DNA of 64,000 bases, from assembly GCA_951406725.2 (NCBI GenBank), contig OX597814.1:103230001-103294000 (forward strand). The letters run 5' to 3'. Origin of the DNA: Octopus vulgaris. Lineage: Eukaryota. A program made the translations under genes and the position numbers. Shown one piece after another: positions 1-9,299 of this stretch (position 1 is its first letter; every line of letters starts with the position of its first letter). The notes beneath the pieces were generated by a model. That model searched no databases and was not told the origin of the DNA. It saw nothing but the letters and a program-made list of their open reading frames with translations.

Positions 1-76
1 ATCCATCCATCCATACATACATACATACATACATACATACATACATACATACATACATACATACATACATACATAC
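1..76. repeat. (ATCC)/(ATAC)n microsatellite; 3' tail or target of the adjacent minus-strand RTE element
   Basis: Direct tetranucleotide repeat abutting the RTE 3' end. Confidence 0.95.
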
Positions 77-2086
77 AAGGTGGTGGTGGTCGTCTACTCC
101 TTATACAGAGTTTGACCACCTCCTGTACCTACACCTTAGCACCATCATGGCGTCTGATGTAGCTTCTTAAATCAGACAATCTTCTGAAAAGTCACCCACA
201 TAGATTGCACCTCTGATCTGGACTACCAAGACCTGCAGATAAGTTCTGCTCTTTATGGGTCTTAAATGTCTTATGAGGCCTCCGTTGGATTTGAAAACCT
301 TCTGGCATACACTGCATTCAAAAGTGTGCACAGACACATAGGCAGAATAGTTGGTGGAGGTTCGTTTTCCATGGGTTCGCAGATGAGATTTGAGGCCAGC
401 AAAAGACAGGCAAGGTCTCTCACAGACTGTGCACACAAAAAGTTCATTGTCGTTCACCTTTTCGATCGTTACAGTTTTCCTTAGATCTCTTTTGAGTCTT
501 ACTTGCGTTATCCTGGCCTCTTCAAATGCTTTCACTTCATTCCACACCTTTGTTCGCCATCCAACTCGATCCGAAGTAAGGGTTTCGATATCTTCTGGAA
601 CCATTCCAAGTGACTTCATAGTAGTTCTTATGCCGTCCTTAAATCATTTTTTTAAGGTTTACGCCGATAGCGCTTCCCCTCTGCAAGCTCACCATAAAAC
701 ATTTGTTGGGGCATTTTTGGTGGATTTGTTCTAGCAGTTAAAGATGCCTTTCCTAACAAGTCCAAGTTTCACTGGAATACATCAGAGATGGTAAGACAAA
801 TGATTTGTAAAAAGCCAGCTTTATATTCTTATTTATATGTCGCTGGCACCAAACGCGGGACTCCAAGCCACCAAATGCTTTTGCTGCCCTTTAAATTTGC
901 AGATGTATTTCTGTATCCAGATTTCCATAATTTTGAGCAGAACTTCCAAGGTAGACGAACGAATCGACAACCTCAAGTAACTTTCCTTTAACAAAAACTT
1001 TAGTTGGGTTACAAACAGCACCACACGCAGGTTGATGCATTACAACTGGTTTTTTTTCTTCAAGTTGATGGTCAAGCCAAAATTATCACAAGCTGAGTCA
1101 AATGCAGATACAAGAGATTGCAAACCTGTTTCAGAATGACTGACAAGATCGCAATCGTCAACATACAAAAGTTCCCTAATGAGTGAAGTAAAAACCTTCG
1201 TTTTGAATTTCAGTCTGGTCAGATTAAAAACATTCCATGTTGTTCGATATTTTATGTAAATACCCTCTTTAGAGTTTTGAAAAGCATGTGACAACAGCAA
1301 AGTATATTGCAAAGAGGGTGGATGCATCAAGGTCTCCTTGCTTTACTCTATTTTCCATAGCAAGAGATTCAGAGAGCCTACCACCAAAATTAACGCTAGC
1401 TTTCCTTTCTTGATGCAAAGCCGTGACCATGTTTACAATTTTTTCTGGACAACCTATTTTCCTTAGAATTAGCCACAGAGCATTTCAATTAACAGTATCG
1501 AGTGCTTTGCTCAAATCAACAAAGCAATGGTATAGAGCAAAATTCTGTTCAATGCACTTTTCTTGTAATTGTCTGATAGCAAAAATACAATCAGCTGTGC
1601 CCCTGGAGGAGTGAAAACGATATTGAGACTCAGACACTATATTTGGAAGTATAAACGTATTTAAACGTTCTAACAAAATGCGGGCAAGTACCTTTCCAAC
1701 AAAAGCGACATCCCACGAAAATTACCACACAGATCCTTTGGCTCCAATTTATACAAGGAGGCTAAAATGGCATCAATCCAGGAGTACAAACCCTTGGCAT
1801 CATTTCTAACAGCTGCTTCTTGTGCACCTTTTGCTCTATCATTCCACCATTCCTGTTTAATTTTCCTTAGAGCAGTCTGCACTTTCCGTTTCAGCTTTCT
1901 GTAAGCTTCGTTTGAGTTGGGGTTCAAGGACTGAGAAAGAAGTGTATTGCCTAAGTTTTTTTATTTTTATTTTTAAGTAGTTCATGAATTTCTGCTGATC
2001 TTTCTGAGAACCAGTCACTGGATTTATGTGATTTAAATCCCATTAATGAACTTGCAGCCTGAAATACTTTTGTTTTGAAATGTTTC
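77..2086 (-). mobile_element. RTE-clade LINE, 5'-truncated and frameshifted, with C-terminal C2H2 zinc fingers
   Basis: Collinear minus-strand ORF pieces with RTE motifs: ESQYRFHSSRGTADCIFAIRQLQEKC..FVDLSKALDTVN (1485-1676), RELLYVDDCDLV..FGLTINLKK (1040-1330), and CTVCERPCLSFAGLKSHLRTH / CSVCQKVFKSNGGLIRHLR (167-619). Bounded by (ATAC)n on both sides. Confidence 0.9.
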
Positions 2087-2160
2087 CATACATACATACA
2101 TACATACATACATACATACATACATACATACATACATACATACATACATACATACATACA
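2087..2160. repeat. (CATA)n microsatellite
   Basis: Direct repeat. Confidence 0.95.
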
Positions 2161-2708
2161 CGGTGGCTGTCCCCTCATTATCGAGTATGGCCATTGCACG
2201 AAGCTTAATCAATGTTGTTATCATGCAATGCCTGTGCAAGAAGATTTTTTTTTTAAGTGAGGAAAGGCTGTGCACTGAGTCAATCCCACTCACTAAGCAA
2301 CAGCAGTCATAATCCGAAAAGAAGAACAAGTCTACATCATCGGTAACTGCTGAGCCGCAGGTTTTATGTTATCCCAGTTACCTGAGTTACCTTCTCCTAG
2401 AAGGATGCCCTAACAAAGGCTAGGGGTCCTTCACTCCCAATGGTTTAACCGCGCGATCGGATATTCAGCCCGATTATTTCTATGTCCCTGCGCATGATAC
2501 ATCCTTAAGACATTTATTGGATGGCCGTTGACTCTCAAGAGTTCCTCCGCCCTTTGACGGGTTTTGTTTTTCATCCCGTAGGGTGTCCAATAAACACCCT
2601 CCTCATCAAGCAAGCTTAGTGGGGTTGCCGGTTTAGTCACCGACGACCCGACCATGCAACAGGTTGTACTGGGTTACATGTTACCAGTAGCACTCGAAAG
2701 TGACCTGA
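2161..2708 (-). mobile_element. ~550-bp non-coding RTE-derived (bipartite, SINE-like) element
   Basis: The minus strand contains agcctttgttagggcatccttctaggagaaggtaactc, resembling a conserved RTE 5'-UTR motif. It ends in an RTE-like 3' end (ctcgataatgaggggacagccaccg) followed by (TATG)n. No credible ORF; flanked by (CATA)n on both sides. Confidence 0.6.
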
Positions 2709-2750
2709 CATACATACATACATACATACATACATACATACATACATACA

Positions 2751-3449
2751 AAACATGTGTCACTAAAGAATATTACAGCCGAATAAAGAAAATTTGGACC
2801 TCAGAACTCTCTGCATTTAACAAAACAGTGGCCCACAATGTGTTTGCAGTGCCAGTACTCATACCAACATTTGGGCTGCTTGATTGGACGCATGATGAGA
2901 TCCGAGCCATTGATGTATAAACGATAAATACTAACCAGCACACATAATTTCCACATAAACAGTGACGTAGATCGTCCCAACCTAAACGCAAACAAAGCGA
3001 CAGAGGCTTAACACCGATCCAAAATACCTTTCAATGTCGTATCATATCCCTTCGGCAACATCTTTTAACCACCAAGTGTCAAAGTACATTCCTTGACGAA
3101 GGCTGGTAACATCATAAGACTGGAAGGTAACATTCCTTGTCTGATAACCTAGAATACATGCCCAAAGAAATCGCACGACTCTACCACAATGTATCATCAG
3201 ATGAAAAGATGAGCCTATATGAGCAGAAGACTATGCATGGATATGTTAGTAGAAAGCTCCGAAATGAAAGTAACATTGATCATCAAAGCAGTCTGTGATG
3301 GATCAATATTCAGATTACTACCTTCCACTTTGAAGGGTATGCGTTTGTAATCCAGGAACAGGAAATATCAACCAAATACCTGATGCACAAAAGGGACAGA
3401 GATGCAGGAAAAGTAGTAAAATGTGACAACCAATTCAGACTTTGTGGTT
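2751..3449 (+). mobile_element. Dong/R4-clade non-LTR retrotransposon fragment (post-RT region)
   Basis: KEYYSRIKKIWTSELSAFNKTVAHNVFAVPVLIPTFGLLDWT parallels the fragments at 26123-26764 and 24616-24999. Downstream remnant reads EGYAFVIQEQEISTKY. Confidence 0.8.
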
Positions 3450-3963
3450 AATTATTTTTTAATACAAAACATGACATAACATTTCTTACGGTCGTTTCTG
3501 CAGCCAATGTTAGTCGGTGCTTACGAAAGAAATTCCGAAATTAATATTCATTTTCATAGCACATTCGATCTAGTATATGGAGCTTCTTCTGAGTGAATAT
3601 AAATGCATAAAACAAAATAAACGAAGGCTCCCCTTTATATTGAGATAACCCATAAATATTTCCCTAGATCACTGCTAGTTCACTCTTTTACCTATCGACT
3701 TTAAACTCCACGCTACAAGATGGTATGATTTTAATATATTGAGCCTTCTAGTTTCGTCTCGAGGCCCTGTTCTTTCTTCTTCCATTCGTTTATTTTATTT
3801 TATGCATTTGTATTCACTCTGATGAAGCTCCATGTACTAGATTGAATGTGCTATGAAGATGACGAATATTATTTTCGGGATTTCTTTCGTAAACACCGAC
3901 TAACATTTGCAGCAGAAACGGCCGTAAGAAATGTTATGTCATGTTTTGTATTAAAAAATAATA
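3449..3963. mobile_element. Penelope-like pseudo-LTR pair in inverted orientation (~180-bp arms)
   Basis: 3449-3627 is the diverged reverse complement of 3783-3963. The arms contain a hammerhead core. Confidence 0.75.
3812..3932 (+). ncRNA. Type I hammerhead-ribozyme-like motif with ~89-nt stem II
   Basis: CTGATGA at 3819-3825, GAAA at 3915-3918, palindromic stem III CGGCCG, then TA (GUA site). Stem I is weak. A decayed antisense copy lies in the left arm. Confidence 0.55.
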
Positions 3964-4201
3964 AACTGATGTTGGTCAATTTGTTTGTTGAGCAAAAGTT
4001 TTCTCCATTTTCTGCTTATTTAAATTTGATTCCTGATAAACTTTTGTTTATTCCGTTGTTACCTGTACCTGTATGAGCATAGTGTGCTTGCATACCTATG
4101 CCCAGGGATAGCATAGGTAAATGATACACCGATAGTAAGAACGGATACTATTATCTCTTAGACGGTTAGTCCAACCGCTAACTCTGCTTACTTATATATA
4201 T

Positions 4202-4494
4202 GGAGGCACAGTGGTTAGGGCAGCTGACTCGCGGTCGTAGGATCGCGGTTTTGGTTCCCAGACCGGGCGTTGTACGTCTTTATTGAAGGAAAACACCTAA
4301 AGCTCCACGATGCTCTGGCAGTGGATGGTAGCGATCACTGCTGTACTCTTTCGCCACAACTTTCTCTCGCTCTTTCTTCTGTTCGCCTGCTCGCTTAGCC
4401 AGCGGGGTGGCGTCGTTTGAAGGCTAAAACTATGCGAAGAACCAGCAATATGTAGCAACATCTGATAGCCTGGTCGATCACGGTGGTCACGGTG
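4202..4494 (+). mobile_element. tRNA-derived SINE
   Basis: A-box-like ggcacagtggttagg and B-box-like ggttttggttcc, a body, then an (AT)n tail. Confidence 0.7.
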
Positions 4495-4705
4495 ATATAT
4501 ATATATATATATATATAAATTAATCAGAGGACATACTGAGTATGAGCTTTGATTAATTTTAATCCTTCAGCTATTTAATGCTTGGGGGGGGGGACCGCAA
4601 TCGCCTATATTATTGATTCTGTCTTTATCATTTTTAATTGTCACCCTAGATAATGACAGAGTCTATATCTTCGCAAATATTTTCTGAATTATTTGCTCCG
4701 TATTG

Positions 4706-4822
<117 letters not shown>

Positions 4823-5853
4823 TATTGTGTGATGTGCATAGTATTTGCAATGACCTAGTAATAGTTTCACACATTGAAGGTATTGTCTAGGCAGGTTTTA
4901 AAACACACCTGGTGTCTCCAAGTATTATTCAGGCTCTCTGCACATGCCTATACAAGTTACAAATTGGGGTAAAAGAACAAAAGAAATCACGAGAGATAAC
5001 GAGATGAAGGTAGGATCAAAAAGAGGAGTGGAGAAAAACGGAATTATGTCCCCTTTGACAGCAGAGTGTTAAGGCTTGTTGGTTTAGAAGAAACGGAAGG
5101 GTTCCAAAGTCTGTGATACAGCTGCTCAAACTGGAGAGAGTGGTGTCCTCCAATTTGCCAAAAGAAACTTGTTCATATGTTTACATTTTCTGAAAATTTC
5201 TGATCTGGAATTTCGTAGTGTGGTGGATCTTTCAGCTACGCATAACTTGCATTTTTTCCCCATTAATATATGTTATGGATTTTTCTACGTTTTTTCTACT
5301 TGATTGCATATGGCGTGGAGTTGGTCTTCAAACCCCATACGTAGCTGGACAACTTAGTGACTTTACTTTTGTCCATGTGCTGGAAAAAGGATAAGTGGTT
5401 CGCATAGCGACTTTTGAAGTCGGCTTCGCATAACCCGATGTAATTCTTATTTTCGGCTTCGTTATCATGTAGCGTCGCTGTAACTTCTACCTCGTATATG
5501 ACGGAATCTACCATGCACCCATGGAACTTGTTCGCTCCGTTGATTCTAAACCATCTAACCTTACGACTCTATGTGCAAAGGGTACATAACTCTAAAGCTT
5601 CTCTTTCTTTTTTCCTTTCTTTTTCCGTTTTCCCCCCCTATTCCACTTTTGGAACCTACCTTTATTTTGTTTTGTTTTTTTCGTGATTTCTCTTGCTCTT
5701 TTGTCCTCATTTTAAACTTGTATAGGATATGTGCTCAAAGCCCGAAGAATACTTGGAGACAGTAGGCTTGCTTTAAAATCTACCTAGATAATATCCTCAA
5801 TGTATGAAACTATTAATAGCTCATAGTTATATACTGTGTACACTAAACAGTAT
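4823..5853 (-). mobile_element. 5'-truncated Penelope-like element: GIY-YIG endonuclease fragment between inverted pseudo-LTRs
   Basis: ORF 5296-5514 reads VIYEVEV...NYIGLCEADFKSRYANH (GIY-YIG), continuing after frameshifts as CKLCVAE..NSRSEIFRKCKHMNKFLL. Arms 4823-~5110 and ~5525-5853 are diverged reverse complements. Confidence 0.85.
5736..5822 (+). ncRNA. Decayed hammerhead-like motif in pseudo-LTR (long stem II)
   Basis: CCGAAGA at 5742-5748 (CTGAATA in the other arm); stem II closed by ATAC/GTAT; GAAA at 5806-5809; CTA-T-TAA-TA; stem I GAGC/GCTC when both arms are combined. Confidence 0.45.
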
Positions 5854-5959
5854 TTTGTCTCTCGCCTGATAGAGTGCTTTTTTATTGATTTTACTTTAAC
5901 AGAAAAGCAAACAATGTAAATACACATACACATACACACCAAAAACCATCCTCGTAAGC

Positions 5960-6290
5960 GCAGCACGCCCCAATGATCAAGAAGCTCTATAATCACGAAA
6001 TTCGGTGTTCGATTCCACGGTGTGGCATCTCGAGCAAGTCTTGTTTTCCATAGCCTCGTGTTGACCTATAGCTTTTGAGGGGATCTGAGTAAGTGGAAAC
6101 TATACAGAAGCCTGTGAGATAGAATGCACTGGCCTTAATCTAAAAGGCCTTGTCCTCTGCTGTGTTGCACTGATTCGATCAAAGAATTACAGGTGTCTGT
6201 ACAAGAGTCGACTTCTACGTTAATTCAATGAGCCGGAAGTTCAGGTGATTAGGTAAACGAATACTCTTGGTCGGAAATTTTGACTGAAAT
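5960..6290 (+). mobile_element. Degenerate tRNA-head SINE
   Basis: B-box-like gttcgattcc followed by gagcaagtcttg..atagcctcg..ggaaactatacagaagcctg, similar to 33960-34120. Confidence 0.55.
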
Positions 6291-6779
6291 CAATCAATCA
6301 GTCTACCTACCTACCTACCTATCTACCTATCTTTCTATCTATTTCTCTGTTTATCCATCTGTCTACCTGTCTGTCTAAAGACACTGAACTCCATTCTGCG
6401 ATCCGATCCACCACCCACCCTAAACAATCGAACATAGTGCTACCGAAATGCCGCACACGTCTGCTCGAGTTTGAGCTACATGCATCCATCATGGTCCATC
6501 AAATATCAAACTGTGATTTTGTTGCCACGTTGCACCTGTCTTTCCAGCCCATCACACGGCTCTTTGTCCCGTCATGTCTTCAAGCATATGCTTTAGCTCT
6601 GACAACGCAGCCTTCTTGCTTTCATCGAAGAATTTGTCAAGAGCCAATCTTGCAGTAAACATATCGATTGCGATGCCTTTTCTGGGCGTGTCTTCTAAGT
6701 TTCTAAATAGGATTTTCTTCAATCTTATAAAACCTTATTGATTCACACTTACCAGAGCGTATTTGTTGTTGACGCTTTC

Positions 6780-8133
6780 CATCTTCAACACCCGTTTAAT
6801 TAATTCCTTAATCTGGTTTCTGCCGCTCTTCCTGAATTTTGACTTCTAATTCGCTTTTTGAAGAACATTTGTGCATCCTCACTCTTGTACCTAAGTGTCA
6901 CCACAAATGTTCAATGGGAAACTGAAGGGGCCATTTCATAACCCTCATCCTTTTCTCCTCAGACCAACCCATTGAGACTCTGGATGTGTGGCATGGAGCA
7001 GTGTCTTGTTCAAAAATTACGCCGTCTGGGATGTTATTATTGTAACTTTTAGCTAAGGACGGTTGATAAGCTTGATCTAACTTGCTGGTGTAAGTGTTGG
7101 AATTCATTCTGACCTCCTCACAAGTGAGCAATATTCCTGGGCCTGAAGACGATATGCAGTCCAAAACCCTTACGCTTCCTCCTCCAAAATTGACTGTTGG
7201 GATCACGCATCCAGGATGATAAGCCTCCCCAACTCTACGGCAAACATAAACAGCTCCAGAGATTCCAAAGATTTGACGAGAAAAATATTTCTGATCACTT
7301 TTGGTATCCAATAAAAAATTTGTACAACAGTAAGAATTTCAATCATGCCTCGTAAAGTGGTGAAAATGAATGTGGAGAAACTACATCAAAATTATTTTCA
7401 TCAGACCTAACAAATTTAGACCTATCATCATCAGTCGAATCTTTATGGTCTTTTGCCCAAGACAATCGCTTCTTCGTGTTCACCCCAAACAGCAACGGCT
7501 TCTTTCTGGCCTTACATCCTTTGAACCCAACTTTTAATATCCTTTTTCTCATCGCGCGAGTTGATATATCCTGAAACTCAGCAGCTACGTCAGAAGAGGT
7601 CTTTTTCCTATCCAGCAGAGATCTTTTCAGCAACCTGTCTTCCCTCGTGGTTGTACACTTTCTGCGACCTCACTCTTTACAGTTTTTGAAAGGATTGATC
7701 TCATTGTACCTTTTGATGGACACCTTTTCACAAACATTTTAATTCTGTTGCCATTTCAACTTGAAAGAATCCTTCACTGGATTATGCAATGATTTGAGCT
7801 CTTTGAGTCACAGGAATCTATTTCTTCGGAGACATTTTCAACAAATATTAACCACTGATAAATAATTAACTAGATATTCACTAAAAAAAATAGGAGAAAA
7901 CGTTAGTGTCACACAATGCGTGACAGAAAATAGATCCAGCCATTTGCGCCAACTTAGTCTCAAGTATGCAAAAACGCATAAAAGCAATTATAAATGCAAA
8001 CGGAGGACACATCAGATACTAATTATTGATGGGAGAGACGCTGGAATATTTATTAGACTGTTTTAAGCTATTAAAAAATGAGGTTTCTATCATATGCTCT
8101 ATTTTGTTCCATATTTTTGGCCAAGGCTGTGTA
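6780..8133 (-). mobile_element. Tc1-family DNA transposon remnant
   Basis: Transposase pieces ARKKPLL..KKRLSWAKDH..SDENNF and PTVNFGGGSVRV..IFEQDTAPCHTS..KWPLQFPIEHLW. A TIR-like end TA|CACAGCCTTGGCCAAAAATATGG starts at about 8131. The second TIR was not found. Confidence 0.85.
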
Positions 8134-8197
8134 TACATACATACATACATACATACATACATACATACATACATACATACATACATACATACATACA

Positions 8198-8226
<29 letters not shown>
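8133..8226. repeat. (ATAC)n microsatellite
   Basis: Direct repeat. Confidence 0.95.
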
Positions 8227-8228
<2 letters not shown>

Positions 8229-8239
8229 GTATATGGTCA

Positions 8240-8510
8240 ATTCAAAGAACAAAGTAAAAAAGGAAAAAACGAAAGTGAGGACGTGCACAAGAAATACATT
8301 CATTTGAGCTCTGGTGATATGCCGAAAAGCTAAGCGCTATATGTACGTATTTCCTTTTCATATGTTTCTGACGAAGAGCTCCGTTAGAAACGTTATAATC
8401 CTCCTTCTTTCTTTCCTATCCCGAGCTCCAATAACACTATACTTGTTCCACATCCTCGCGTTGTTGTGTTTTCTCTTTGTGTTTTCATGTTTGGATTATA
8501 TATATATAAT
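8240..8510 (+). mobile_element. Short Penelope-type pseudo-LTR fold-back with minimal hammerhead-like motif (8368-8394)
   Basis: CTGACGA-AGAGCTCCGTTA-GAAA-CGTT. Imperfect inverted ends (gaggacgtgcacaag / cttgttccacatcctc). (AT)n at the right end. Confidence 0.55.
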
Positions 8511-8647
8511 CTTCCCTTGTCTCTTCACTCCTCCACCTCTCCCTGTCACAATCTTTCCTCTCTCGCCTTCTCAATCTCTCTAAATATATAGTCGCATAAA
8601 TATATATCTTCTTATCTTCTCTCGAACATATTTAGATAGATAAATAA

Positions 8648-9223
8648 ATAGACAGATTATCCAACAAAGATGGCAAAAATGGAGACGATGAAAGCAGTCA
8701 CCCCCACCTGGTGGACGACGCCCGGGAGGAGGTTTTGAGTGAGAAACCTGCCCGGGAAGTGAACCCAGGTGCAAGTTCTCCAACCGGCAGCAAGGGCCAT
8801 GGAGACGGAGAACCCGGGGAAGAGGTAGAGGGAGGAAGAAGAACTAAAAGAAGGACTGAAAGAGCTAAAGGAAAAGCTCAAGCAGGACCAAAGGGTGAAA
8901 CAACCAGGAATGGAAGTGGAACCGCAAAGGATGGAAACAAGCAGCGCACACAGGTGTGTAGGTTCTACCTGAGAGGTACCTGCTGGCATGGAAAGGAAGG
9001 TGCAGGCTGCCGCTTTGCACATCGGGTACCCTGCCGCAGAGACACGAGGCAGATGGACAAACCATCAACACAAGGAAAAGGGAAGGTCCACGCACCACCT
9101 GCCCCAAAGCAGAGGTACGCAGATGTTGTGCGTGCCACAAACCGCAAACATGATGTTGTTGAAAGGGCAGCTGCTGAGCAGCAATCTTTTTGTGCATGGC
9201 ACAAAAGATTGTACAGCAGCTGA
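8648..9223 (+). CDS. LINE ORF1 (partial): basic low-complexity protein with CCCH zinc finger
   Basis: VCRFYLRGTCWHGKEGAGCRFAHRVPC is a CCCH-type finger. The frame is open from 8648; the listed start at 8711 is a GTG, so the true start is probably missing. Confidence 0.7.
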   Translation: MDRLSNKDGKNGDDESSHPHLVDDAREEVLSEKPAREVNPGASSPTGSKGHGDGEPGEEVEGGRRTKRRTERAKGKAQAGPKGETTRNGSGTAKDGNKQRTQVCRFYLRGTCWHGKEGAGCRFAHRVPCRRDTRQMDKPSTQGKGKVHAPPAPKQRYADVVRATNRKHDVVERAAAEQQSFCAWHKRLYSS

Positions 9224-9299
9224 CCTGGCTTCATCAAACCCAAGCCCGCAGGTGGGACTACCCACTATATACAAGACCACCACAGCAAACAGACCCAGG

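Noticed and set aside
167-619. Host C2H2 zinc-finger gene
   Set aside because: Collinear with an RTE reverse-transcriptase remnant and followed by the element's 3' tail.
4202-4275. tRNA gene
   Set aside because: Only A/B-box-like remnants running into a SINE body; no complete cloverleaf. The same holds at 33960 and ~62700.
8988-9299. N-terminal 104 aa of the listed 1097-aa ORF2
   Set aside because: It overlaps ORF1 out of frame and precedes the APE domain start; likely an incidental open frame.
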